A stretch of 63,934 nt of DNA, filler included, from Olpidium bornovanus S191 (lineage: Eukaryota; Fungi; Olpidiomycota), in the NCBI GenBank assembly GCA_017911155.1. It is 30 parts of 30 records of this genome, joined end to end, with 100 filler letters (N's around TTAATTAATTAA, not from the genome) between each part and the next. Parts side by side here need not be neighbours in the genome. Positions count along the whole stretch, not along the records: positions 8,819 to 11,325 come from JAEFCI010001309.1; positions 11,426 to 12,910 come from JAEFCI010013269.1; positions 13,011 to 14,543 come from JAEFCI010006911.1; positions 14,644 to 15,768 come from JAEFCI010012997.1; positions 15,869 to 17,192 come from JAEFCI010004504.1; positions 17,293 to 19,194 come from JAEFCI010003490.1; positions 19,295 to 21,807 come from JAEFCI010002814.1; positions 21,908 to 23,486 come from JAEFCI010010137.1; 22 more parts are not named here. One strand, written 5' to 3'. Positions within the stretch are counted from its first letter, which is position 1, and the number at the start of each line of letters is the position of its first letter. A program made the position numbers and the translations under genes. The notes below the pieces were generated by a model. That model was not told the DNA's origin. It did not search any database and saw only the letters and a list, made by a program, of their open reading frames with translations. This document shows positions 11,163-22,829 of the stretch, piece after piece.

Positions 11163-11703
11163 CTGCGGTGTCAGCGGGCAAACCGGCGTGGGGGTGGGGC
11201 CGGCGGGGGACAGCGATCAACCGACTTTTCAGCCTCCAAAAGCACGCGCGCTGCTCGAGCCCTCGAAAAGGCGGGCGAAGCCATGTTCCTCTTTCTCGAT
11301 TTGGGTGTTCTCCTTGCACCCCCCCNNNNNNNNNNNNNNNNNNNNNNNNNNNNNNNNNNNNNNNNNNNNTTAATTAATTAANNNNNNNNNNNNNNNNNNN
11401 NNNNNNNNNNNNNNNNNNNNNNNNNGGACTCCTCGGCGGGCGGGGAGTCGTGCGACTCTCCCTGTGTGCGCCCTCTTACCCGCAGCCGTGTGTTTCTCTC
11501 CTCCTTTCCCCCCCCTTTTCCAAACGCCCTGCACCATTTAGATTTCCCCAAAAAGAAAAAAAAAAAAAAAAAAAAAGGTAAAACCATCGCCCACCCCACC
11601 CCCCCTCAATTCCTCCCACCCCGCGCTAAAACACCGATGGTTTTTTTTCGTGTCTGACGGGAAAGAAAAGAAAAGAAAAGAAAAAGGAAAAGAAAGAGGA
11701 TAT

Positions 11704-12352
11704 GATGGTCGATCCGGAGAACGCATTTGTCGCAGTGCCGGCAGTGCAGGGAGGTGCGGTGTCTGTTGAAGTGAGGGTGGGGTGTGGCGGGAGGGGAGAT
11801 GTGGGGATGTGGCACTTCAGCGGGTCAAATTTATGTTATACAGTTATACATTTCAGCAAAAATCAAAAACATCCGCTCCCACCGCGCTCTCACACGTCGA
11901 CCCGGCATATGGTGCAGTGCTTGAGATCGTCCGGCGAGTGGCCGCGAAAACCGGCGTCCTTCACGCCGGGGTCGGCGGGATCCCCGCCGGTGATGGCCGC
12001 GCCGGAGGCGAGCAGGACCAGCAGAGTCGCAGCCTGTATGTGCTATTTTGTACCGTATTCCCCCGCGCCGGGAAAGGAAGAAAAAAAAACGGCAAACCGT
12101 TTGATGAAGGGAGTGGGGCACGGGGGGAAAGGGGGGGGGGGGGGGGGGGGGGGGGGCCGGGGGGGGGGGGGCGGGGGGGGAAAGGGGGGGGGGGACGGAG
12201 AGAGCGCGCCTGTAATCAAGAATACCGGGTGCTTTTTTTGTAATTTTTTTTTTCTTAGCTGAAGGGGTCAGTCGGGTCGGTCGGGAGGAGGGGTCGCGGG
12301 GAAACGGGGGTGGGGGGGGGGCCGACCGGGACGGGGCGCACGCGACCAAAAA

Positions 12353-12394
<42 letters not shown>

Positions 12395-12788
12395 AAAGGA
12401 TATGACGACAACGGCCAATTGGAGCTCCCGCGGCTGCAGAGATTTCCGCAGGAACGCGAAGAACGCTGCGGCGCTGCCGACGACGTAGAGGACGAAGCCG
12501 ACCTGCCGCTGCGGAATTTTTGTTTTTTTTTTTTTTGTTTTTTTCCGACACACCCCCCCCGCCCGCGCGCCCAAGGCCGCGCACGCGCGCGGGCCGTTTT
12601 TTGGGAGCGAAAAAGTGGGGGGGTGGGGTGGGGGAGAGGTGTGCGGAGAGGGGCCGGGCGTTCGTCGTCTTCATTGTCAACAACTTCTCTCCGCAGGCGG
12701 CGCCCCCCGCCCCCACGCCCCCACCCCGCACCCCGCCTCCCCTTCTCACCTTGGTCCACGGCCTCTGCAAGCCGTTTCGCTTCCGCAT
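11704..12788 (-). CDS. DHHC palmitoyltransferase, ZDHHC1/11-like N-terminus (partial 3')
   Basis: Spliced MRKRNGLQRPWTK|RQVGFVLYVVGSAAAFFAFL...LAVVV|IQAATLLVLLASGAAITGGDPADPG...HCTICRVDV|HRTSLHCRHCDKCVLRIDH(H), a DHHC cysteine-rich domain. Confidence 0.88.
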
Positions 12789-12865
12789 TTTGTAGGACTT
12801 CTTCCGCGAGGATTGGGTGGTGGAGGAAAAATGGACGAAAAAAAAAAAAAAAAAAAAAAAAAAGC

Positions 12866-12899
<34 letters not shown>

Positions 12900-13699
12900 C
12901 GGGGGCCGCCNNNNNNNNNNNNNNNNNNNNNNNNNNNNNNNNNNNNNNNNNNNNTTAATTAATTAANNNNNNNNNNNNNNNNNNNNNNNNNNNNNNNNNN
13001 NNNNNNNNNNGACTTTTCCTGTCATACCATCAATGACATCATTGCCATCGCTGATTCAGTCCGGCGTTCAGACAATGATTCTGGAAAGCGGTGTGCGAGG
13101 AGCGAATCGTTGATTCCATTGGTCAAACATGATTTAGTCAATAATTTCATCAGTATATAATTCATGTATGTTTCCATGGTCAGCAGAGTGGGGCTGGGCT
13201 GGGTGGAAGGACACAAGCGTTTCGAAGCAGTAAGATGGCCGGGGGATCCGCCCTCGCAAGAAGTTTTCGCCGCACTGCGTTTATGCACTTGGCACCGGCA
13301 CTGATTTGCCCTCCGCTATCCCCGAAAAAGAAAATCCGTTTTCAGAAGATCGCCTTTTGCCGGAAATCAGAAAACGCGGGTACGCTGTGGGTACGGAGGG
13401 AAGGGGAAAGGGGGGGGGGAAGGAGTTTAATCGGAGGAGCTGGTCAGTCATGGCGTTCAAACGCATCCTCTAAGCGGCCTTTCGCGGCTTGAACACGACC
13501 TGCGACGAGGACCAGGCGGACCCTGAACCGACCGGGGCAACCGTTGAACATCAGGCCGCTCCCGTCGAGGAATCGTCCCAGGCGCTTAGCGCCCAACGGC
13601 GGGTCGAAAGACGTCGCCGGCGAGCGTCGCGACGAGCAGAAGATGTTGCAGACTAAGACAAAAAAAAGCAAAAGCAGACACTCCATCTGGCTCAAGGCC

Positions 13700-14400
13700 C
13701 GCAACTGTGAATTTCGGCAGGCCGAAGGCGTTGGCGGAGCGAGAGGAAAGGTGCGAAAATAGGGAAGAAGGGGCGACGACAGCGGCGCGACCGGAACGTG
13801 CAAGAATGCAAAGGCCATTTATCATGGATAGCCGTGTCGGACCATTCGGCGGCGTGCAAGCCGTGAACGGTCACGCCGTATGAGCGCAAGTCCTGTGATT
13901 GCCCCCCCCCCCCACCAGTTGCTGTGATCTCGGAAAAATGCGAAATCTCTGCTTGAAATTATACACCAGCCAAAGCCGCCAACTCTTTTGCTAATCGGAA
14001 TATCCAAACATTGCAGCACGTTTGCCACCGTCGCCAAGTTTACCACCAGTGCAGCGAGGTCTCACGCCACACGCGCAGAAAACGAAAAAGGCGATGGTGT
14101 TCCGTGGAAGGGGTGAACCACACCCATTGCTTCATAGGGCGTAATGTAAGTTTAACAGGCTTCTGTCTGTTTGTGGGAGTCCACAGTGGCGAGGGGCGCT
14201 TCAGCCCAGAATGCGTCAGACGCGTAATGGTGCATGAGGAATCGCTCGCAGGCTTTTTCTGCGCCAACGCAAAAACTCGCGTATCGCGTTTGCTTCTCTG
14301 ATGATGCGACGGTCTCCAATAAGGGCGCGGGGACCGACGCGTCATTGTTGACCGCGGCATACCATCTACCGCGGATCACCCAACCGGTTAATTTTGGCTG
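13700..14400 (-). CDS. Probable multi-exon hypothetical protein
   Basis: Several short protein-like frames (WVIRGRWYAAVNNDAS..., VNLATVANVLQCLDIPISK..., RSYGVTVHGLHAAEWSDTAIHDKWP). Exon structure is unresolved. Confidence 0.3.
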
Positions 14401-14644
14401 CGCGGTGATGCGCCCGTTGTAAACAACAAAAGGTCGTCGCCGCGTGCGTTCAGAACGACGCGCGGGAGCCGCCGCCGTACAACGCGAAGGGGGGGCGCAT
14501 CAGGGGCAGTATGTGATTATACGTCTACCGTTCGCACAAATCCNNNNNNNNNNNNNNNNNNNNNNNNNNNNNNNNNNNNNNNNNNNNTTAATTAATTAAN
14601 NNNNNNNNNNNNNNNNNNNNNNNNNNNNNNNNNNNNNNNNNNNC

Positions 14645-15682
14645 ATGAGCCCGCTGCTTCCGCGTTTGCCCAAGAGGATGCCGAACGCCGCCGCCGCCGC
14701 CGCCAATGCCCCGCACCCGGACGCCTGGATAAGCCTCGGCGCGCCTCCGGAGGAACTCAGGCTCGACACGACGCTCCGCGGCGGCCAGTCTTTCCGTTGG
14801 CGCCCCACCGGTGACCAAGAGTGGTGAGGCGACGTCGTTTCTCGGCGTTTGCCCTTCTCCGGGGCCCCCTGGTCTCATCCCCGTCCTGATGGCGGACAGG
14901 ACTTCCACGCTGGGTCCGACGCTGCTTTCGCTGCGCCAAACGCGTGAGTCCGGAAACTGGGTGGGGGGAGGGGGGAAGGAGAGGCGGGCGGCCCTTCTTA
15001 TCGGCTTTCTTGTGCGGTGAGGCGCGATTTTTTGTTATTGCTCTCCACGACGAACTCCGCTGACCAAAGCGAAGCGACGGACGTGCTTTTCTGCCACCGG
15101 ACGACGCAATCTACCGCGCGCGACCGGGATCAGATCCGGGCCCGGCTGCGCGACTACTTCCAGTTGGACGTTTCGCTGGCCGAGCTCTACAGGCACTGGT
15201 CACTTGCAGATCCTCACTTTGCCCGCCTGGCTGGCGCAGTCGGGCTGCGCGGGATCCGCGTGCTCAAGCAGGACCCGACGGAGACCCTCTTCGCGTTCAT
15301 TTGCTCGAGCAACAACAACGTCGGGCGCATCGAGAAGATGGTGAACACCCTCTGCGAAAAGTACGGCCCATTCGTCGGGTCCTACAGCAACGTCGCGTAC
15401 CACCAGTTTCCAGGCGTGTCTTCTCTGATCGGGCCCGATGTCGAGCGCGAACTCCGGGAGGCGGGATTCGGGTACCGGGCGAAGTACATCGCGGAAACGG
15501 CTCGGAAGCTGCACGCTCGACACGGCGAGGGCCCCGGCGGTCCAGAGGCCTGGCTGGCCGGCCTCCGCCAAGCGAGCTACGCCGAAGCGCGCGCCGCCGT
15601 CATGGAATTTTCGGGCGTGGGTCCGAAGGTTGCGGATTGCGTTTGCCTCATGGCTCTGGACAAGACGGGCGCCGTCCCGGTG
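14645..15682 (+). CDS. OGG1: 8-oxoguanine DNA glycosylase (partial 3')
   Basis: ELRLDTTLRGGQSFRW, RVLKQDPTETLFAFICSSNNNVGRI, GFGYRAKYI and the HhH motif FSGVGPKVADCVCLMALDK. Confidence 0.96.
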
Positions 15683-15868
15683 GTGAGTGAGGAGGTCCCG
15701 TCCAGGCGTCTCCTGGTTTGCGATCCATAGCCTGATTTTGGGCCGCCATCGCGCGGCCGCCTTGTGGANNNNNNNNNNNNNNNNNNNNNNNNNNNNNNNN
15801 NNNNNNNNNNNNTTAATTAATTAANNNNNNNNNNNNNNNNNNNNNNNNNNNNNNNNNNNNNNNNNNNN

Positions 15869-16140
15869 AAGGGGCAAGAGGGAAAGCTCTTCGATTGGCG
15901 GGCTTTGAGGGGGGAAGGGGGAAAGCGCTCTTCGATTGGCGGGCTTTGACGAGGATTATTCTATTGGTCGGCCCCCGAGTTTGGGGGCCATCCTGCCCTC
16001 AATCCCGCCGCCGCCTCCGCCCTTCGCCCGCCTCTCGCACCTTGCCCTTCGCCCGTTGTCCTTCGCCCGCCGCCCTTCGCCCGCTGCCCGCCCTCCGTGG
16101 CGTCGGTCGAGGGGCGGTTCGAGGGCCGTGCCACAGCACA
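15869..16140 (-). mobile_element. LTR fragment of a dispersed family (U3 end)
   Basis: The minus strand starts TGTGCTGTGGCAC, the same terminus as the solo LTR ending at 27555. It is colinear with 28756-28990 and has three CCAAT boxes. Confidence 0.75.
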
Positions 16141-16159
16141 CTTACGCATTCTTAACAGT

Positions 16160-16980
16160 AAAGATTCTGACGGAGACTTTGACACATATTTTGATGCAGA
16201 ATCTGACACAGACTCTGATGCAGATTCTGACGCAGGCTCTGATGCAGACTCCAATGCAGAGTTTGACGCAAACTCTGATTCTGAATCTGACGCAGACTTT
16301 GGAACAAGATCTGACTCAGACTTTGAATTAAGATCTGAAGCAGACTCGGAATCATTATCTGATGCTGACTCTGAATGAGGGTTATAAAGCTGTCTTTGAG
16401 TGAGGATCTTAAGCTGACTCTGAAGGAGAATCCGACACTGACTCCACCGCAGACTTACACGTGGACTCTGATGCTGTAGTAAAGAAAAACAAGCGGTGTA
16501 ACCACCTTTTGATCAACAGCAAAAATTTCTTAACCAAATTTCAAATTTGATGCCTAAATTTTTCTTCTCGCTCTATCTTTTGCTGTGGCCGCTTTTGTAG
16601 TTGCGCTTTCCTGCACAAGGCATTGCCGCTGTTATATGAAGGGAGCAGTAAAAAGAAAGAGCAAGACCGTTGAACCAGAGACCTGGGGTTTGCCCTATTC
16701 GTGGTCCTCAATTGCGTTTCAACTTATCCTCTTTTTAGCCATAAGCATATCATCTTTATTTGCGATCAGCGCATCTTTATTTTTTTGCAATGAGCGTTTT
16801 TTTGCGATGGGCACATGGGCACATCTTCATTTTTTGAGGAAAATTCAGACACAGAATCTGAAGGAGATTCTGATGCAGAATCTGACGGAGATTCTGACGC
16901 AGAGTCTGACGGAGATTCAGATGCAAAATCTGACGGAGATTCTGACACATAATCTGACGGAGATTCTAATGGTGGGGGCC
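16160..16980. repeat. Two blocks of degenerate 12-bp repeats (about 16160-16380 and 16846-16970)
   Basis: GA(C/T)TCTGA(C/T)GCA-type units that read as SESPSDSA/DADS. The sequence between blocks has stops. Confidence 0.8.
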
Positions 16981-17292
16981 GCTCCGCAAGACACCGAGTT
17001 CCCATGGCGAACCATAGATAGAGATAGACGAACGCCCTTACGGGCTATTGTATTAGCCAGTGAGCTAGCGCCATGCAGTAGCAGGGCGGACCAAGTGGGT
17101 CCCTCGGGGCTGTGTTGGCCCCGGGGCGGTGGCCTCCGGGGCTGTGTTGGCCTCGGGGGTGGTAAATGACCAATGGTCCGGGTGGGACCCCANNNNNNNN
17201 NNNNNNNNNNNNNNNNNNNNNNNNNNNNNNNNNNNNTTAATTAATTAANNNNNNNNNNNNNNNNNNNNNNNNNNNNNNNNNNNNNNNNNNNN

Positions 17293-18431
17293 CGACCGGC
17301 CATTCCAGGTCGCGGGCAACGCCAACTTCCCGAACGTGGAACTTGCGATAACCCGGTCGTGCGACGTGTTCTTTAACAAGGTCGGTTCGTGATCTTGGCT
17401 TTGATTTCTCTCTCGTTTTCTCTCTCTCTCTTTTTTTTTTTTTTTTTTTACTTCTTCTTTTGCTGGTCGCGAGGGATCCCGACTTCTCAACGCCTCTCCT
17501 GTCTTTTCCGCCGCCTTCCAGTGCCAGAACGTCTTCAACAGCCAGCCCAACGGCGCAGGACCGCTCAAGCAGGGAGACTGCCAAGCAGCTGCCGACAACT
17601 GCCGCAAGGGTGAAAACTCTGCTGGACCGGCCGGCGACACCGGCGGCCAAGCCGGCAACAACGGCGTGGCCAACGACCAGGCCCGCGCCCAGGCCAACGG
17701 CCAGAACAACGGCGGCAACCTCCAGACGTTCAACGAATCTGTTAACGGTGTGACGGCACCTGCCGTCACCAACGTCGGTGGTGACTCTCCGTTCCAGGTC
17801 GAAGGCGACGACAGCTTCCGGTCGCCGGCCGAAGCGCTTTCGCGGTCCTGCGAGGTGTTCTTTGACGAGGTCAGTGCCAGATACTCCTTTGGGTCTCCTC
17901 GTTTATTGTCTGGGGGATTTTTTTTATTCTGACTTTCCGATTCGTGTTTCCAGTGCGAAAACTTTTTGGACGATCAGCCGGACGACCAAGAGGAGTCGGA
18001 GCAAGGAGACTGCCAAGCGGCTGCGGACAGGTGCCGGCAGACCTCCTCGTCGGCCACGCCCGGCGCGGGAGACAAAGGCGACGGCGCAGACGTCCAAAAC
18101 AACGAGCAGGCCAGCGAGCAGGACCAGATGGACGAGGCGTCGAACATCGCCGTTGACGACACAGACGACCGCCAGACCGAGGCCGCCGATACCGTGGCCA
18201 AAAACGCCCCGGCGGAAAAGGGCGGAAAGGGCGGCATCGCCCCCGCCACCGGCGCCGAGCTCCTCCCCCTCCCCGAGGTGTCCGACTTCTGTGCCGGATC
18301 GGGCCAGACCCTCGCTGACGGGACCCAGATACCCACCGGGGTCTGCTCGTCGCTTCCTCAGGGCCAGATCCCCAGCGTCGAGAAGATGGTCAGCGTGAGT
18401 AAAAAAAAAAAAAAAAAATTTTGCCCCTTCC

Positions 18432-18478
<47 letters not shown>

Positions 18479-19092
18479 GCTTCGCGCGCTTCCGCTCTCG
18501 TACAACGCTTCTGACACCAGGCCGATTCTAGTCCATCATCACCTCACCCGAGAACGGCGATGTGATCCCGGCCGGCAGCTCGTTCGACGTGGCGGTGACG
18601 GTTTCGAACCTGAACACCGGGTTCTTCACCAAGGCCGATGTCGGTGCGTAAACTCTTCCGATTCTCGAAGAGGTGTGGGGGGGCGCTTCCGAACGCTTGG
18701 TGTTTGCTTTTTTTTTTTTTTTTAACCCCCCCGCTCGCGATCGAAACCTTTTTTTTTTTTTTCTTTTCCCCGGCCGGCGAGTAGAGTACTACACGCAGCC
18801 GCAGTCCCTGAACGAGGACGGCGTGATCCGCGGGCACACGCACATCACGATCCAGAACCTCGGCGACGGCCAGACGCCGCCGAACGCGAAGGACAAGGCC
18901 TTTTTCAAGGGCCTCAACGACAAGGCCGACGGCAACGGCGGTCTCAGCGTGAACGTTCCCGCAGACACCATCAAGGAGCCGGGCCAGTACCGCATCTGCA
19001 GCATGGCGTCCTCCTTCAGCCACCAGCCCGTGGTCATGCCGGTCGCCCAGCGCGGCTCCCAGGACGACTGCATCCGCGTCACCGTCCAGTAA
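17293..19092 (+). CDS. Putative secreted fungal protein with repeated Cys modules and a conserved C-terminal domain (partial 5')
   Basis: Module NLQTFN..V.APAVT.VG...FQV.G...F.....AL.RSC.VFF..|C.N... occurs twice. The C-terminal GHTHITIQ...FFKGLN...YRICSMASSFSHQPVVMPVAQRGSQDDCIR matches an uncharacterised fungal secreted family as I recall it. Confidence 0.75.
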
Positions 19093-19294
19093 ACGGGCCG
19101 CGTAGCGCGCAGGCGGGTACACCTTTCTCCACACCCCACGACTGCATCCGCGTCACCGTCCAGTAAACGGGGCGCGTAGCGCGCAGGCGGGTACNNNNNN
19201 NNNNNNNNNNNNNNNNNNNNNNNNNNNNNNNNNNNNNNTTAATTAATTAANNNNNNNNNNNNNNNNNNNNNNNNNNNNNNNNNNNNNNNNNNNN

Positions 19295-21189
19295 GCCGGA
19301 TCAGGCAATCGTCCCGAGTTCCCCGCTGGTGTGCCTGAAGTACAACCCAAAGGACCCGCACATCCTTGTCGGCGGCAGTTACAACGGCCTAATTGGTGTG
19401 TAGACGACAAGTGTTCTGGGAGCGCTTGCCGATTCTGCCTGGCGCCATCTTGACGCGCCAATCCCGACCGCAGCGTATTGGGATACCAGGAAAGGGGCAT
19501 ACCCGGTGGACACGTCGATAATCGCTAAGAGTCACCGGGACCCCGTATACAGCATCTCATGGATACAGTCAAAAACAGGTGAGAGCCGGCGTGGCGCGCG
19601 AGAGGCAAACACAATTGGGAACGCACGAGTGACGCCCGCGGGGGGTTTATCGTTTTTACCAACAGGTTCCGAGTTCTTCTCCACGTCCACCGACGGCCAG
19701 GTCCTATGGTGGGACATAAGAAAGCTCGGGGAGCCGACCGAGTCGCTGCTCCTGGACCCGGAAAAGAACGGGACGGTCGTCGGCGGCACCGTCCTGGATT
19801 TCGAGACGACGATGGTGCGCGGACGGCCTGCCCGCATTTTTTTTTCTTGCCCCCCACTCTCGAGGAGCGTCGGGCTGTTTTCCCGCTTGATGATTTCTGA
19901 CCGCAGCTAACCGGCAAAATCCGCCCGCCTGCACGCGCTTTGCAGCCCACAAAATTCATGGTCGGGTCCGAGGCGGGCAGCATTTTCATGTGCAACAAGA
20001 AAGCCAAAACCGCAAACGACCGGATATCACACACGTATCTGGGACACCACGGCCCGATTTACGCGCTGCAGGTAATCGAGCGTGTCGCCAGTCTGGACTA
20101 TAGCGCCCTCGCACGGCGGCTCATAATGTGTCTTTGACGGCGACGGCATCGGGGTGTGCATGTGGTGGGGGTGGGGGTTCTTGTTGTTACTTTTGGCACC
20201 CAGCGGAATCCGTTCCACCTGAAGAACTTCTTGACGGTCGGCGACTGGTCAGCTAAGGTGATCCTCTGGCCCACCGCCATTCCGCTCAGACCGGCGGGGA
20301 AGAAGTGAGGGGGCCAATCGTTTCAGGAAGTCAAACTGAAGTCAACCGGTCGTTTCGCAGATATGGATCGAGGACATCCGCACGCCGATATTCAGCACGC
20401 GCTACCACACGTCGTACCTGACGGACGCGAGCTGGTCGCCGACGCGGCCGTCGGGGTTCTTCACGGCGAAGACGGACGGGACGATGGACGCCTGGGACAT
20501 ACTGTTCAAGCAGACGGACCCGACGCTGAGCGTGCAGGTGTGCGGCTCGGCCATCCACGCGCTCAAGGTGCAGGAGCACGGCCGCATGGTCGCGTGCGGC
20601 GCCCGCGACGGCAGCACCACCGTGCTCACCCTGAGCGAGAGTCTGGTGAAGGGAGGCGCCGAGGACAAGCTGGCGGTCGGCGCGGTCCGTGTTTTTCCCG
20701 CCTTATTTTTTTTTTTTTTTTCTTTTTGAGGGGGCTGTCGGTCGGTCGTCGGGGTTGTTTGGCTGTGTTAACGGCTAAGAATTTTTTTATTCCCTGGCGT
20801 CGCGAACGTGCCGTGACGCGGATGTTTTCGGAAAACCGCTCGCGTCGGGGCCCCGCCATTCCCCCCTTCCCCCTCCGAACAAAAAAAAAAAAAAACAAAA
20901 ACAAAAAAAATGGACAAAAATGCAGATGCTCGAACGCGAGGCCAAGCGGGAGAAGATGCTCGAGTCCGCGGCGAGGGAGAAGAGGCTCAAAGCCGCCCAG
21001 CAGACCCAGGCGGGCGGCGCTGCAAGCGGCGCCGACAAGAAGCGGCCGGGATCGCCAGTCAAGGACGCGAGGCCCAAGTCCGAAGCTTCCCAGCTTCCGC
21101 AGGTGTCGGCCGCGGATGAGGCGATCCAGACGGCGGAGGCGGACTTCTTCACCTTCACGACCGACGAACCGCCGTCCGCCGCCCGTTGA
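19295..21189 (+). CDS. DNAI2: Axonemal outer-arm dynein intermediate chain IC2 (partial 5')
   Basis: [32 protein letters not shown]...[68 protein letters not shown]. Confidence 0.95.
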
Positions 21190-21922
21190 CCACGAGCGGG
21201 GGAGGCCGGCGCTTTCTTGCTCACGTTTGCCGGCGTCCCATCACAAAACGGCAAGCTTCAACCGCCGGCGGACGGGAAAAAAACTGCCCCGTGAAATCCT
21301 TTCGGGCGGGGTGCTTTTTTTTTTTTTTTTTTTTTTGCGCCAACTTCTACATCGTTCGCAGTTATCGCGGTTCCCCGCGCCATTTTTATACCCCCACAAT
21401 ATGGCAAAGTCGAACGCCCTTCCTTCTCAACCGAACATAATTTTTTGTAGGCCTGCCGGCCCGGGGCAAAAGGAAAAGACGCAAAATATCGGTCATAATT
21501 GCAGCCTGCTTTTATCAGTCCCTTTCCCGTTCCCGGTGTATTTAATCAGCATCGTTTTCGTTATGTCCGCTAAACAAAAATTATTCCGCGGCCGGTCGTT
21601 ATACTGTATTTGCTAATCCTGGTGAAAAAGTAAAAATAGAGACAATTCCCGCCGCCAGTTGGCCACGATCCCGGTCACGACGACAATTCCTGCCGACCGT
21701 TGACCACGGCCCCGGTCACGACGCCGGGGTCGACACAGCAAAGCCGACACCCGGAAAGTCGGGAGCCGGGAAGAGGATAAACCTGGTGGCAAGCTCTTTG
21801 CCCATGANNNNNNNNNNNNNNNNNNNNNNNNNNNNNNNNNNNNNNNNNNNNTTAATTAATTAANNNNNNNNNNNNNNNNNNNNNNNNNNNNNNNNNNNNN
21901 NNNNNNNCGGGGGGGGGGGGCG

Positions 21923-21974
<52 letters not shown>

Positions 21975-22149
21975 CCGCCGGGGGGCGGGGGGGGGGGGGG
22001 TGGGGCGGGTTTCGGTTGCGCGGGGAGGAGGCGCTGGGGCGGGTTAGGGTTTTCCCCTTTTCCCATCCAGAAATTCGGCCCCCTTTCCGCGCCTTTCCCA
22101 AGAACGACACGGGCGGGTATCCCCGTGCCGGCCGCCCCCGAGCTGTCCG

Positions 22150-22829
22150 ATGGCCGTCAACGTGACCGTGAACGTCCACTTCAGGCAAGAGGTTCCTTCT
22201 TGACCCCGGCGGAAAGGAAGGATGGTTTTGGCGGCCGGCGACGAGCGGCCGCGCGGAACTCAAAAAAAAAAGAAGGAACCAGCTCTATGCCCCCGTTTCG
22301 TTTGCGTGCAGCTCGCGATATTTTCGCTTCGTAGCTGCGCTTACCCTCCTCGTTCCTTTTCTTTTTTTTTTTTTTTTTTTTTTTTTTTTGTTATTTTCTC
22401 CCAGCGGCGGCCTGGAGCTGCTCTTTGACAACGTTCGCCAGGCTTCCGTAGCCCTACCGGCCAAAGCCGCGGACGGCGGACCGGCGCGGATGCGCGACCT
22501 GGTATCTCACGTCAAGGAGAACCTGCTGAGGGAGAAGGAGGACATGTTCGTCAGCGGGGAGACCGTGTGAGTATCAGTTTGGCGGGAGTAGAGCGGAAAA
22601 GGCATTGCGGGGAGGGGGTGAAGCGTGGCGGCGCTTTTTGGTTGGCCGCTGAATTGAGTGCCTCTTGACCGAACACCCTCCCCCCGTCGCTTCGCGTTCC
22701 GGTCGTCAAAGTCGGCCGGGCATCCTCGTCGTCATCAACGGGACAGACTGGGAGCTTGAGGACGAACTCGAATACGAGCTCAAGGACTCCGACGAAATCG
22801 TGTTCATTTCCACCCTTCACGGAGGTTGA
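22150..22829 (+). CDS. URM1: Ubiquitin-related modifier 1 (exons 22150-22184, 22405-22566, 22712-22829)
   Basis: [10 protein letters not shown]...[39 protein letters not shown], with C-terminal diglycine. Confidence 0.97.

Noticed and set aside
19062-19194. About 75-bp tandem duplication spanning the stop codon of the secreted protein
   Set aside because: Near-identical copies at a contig end cannot be told apart from an assembly or amplification artefact.
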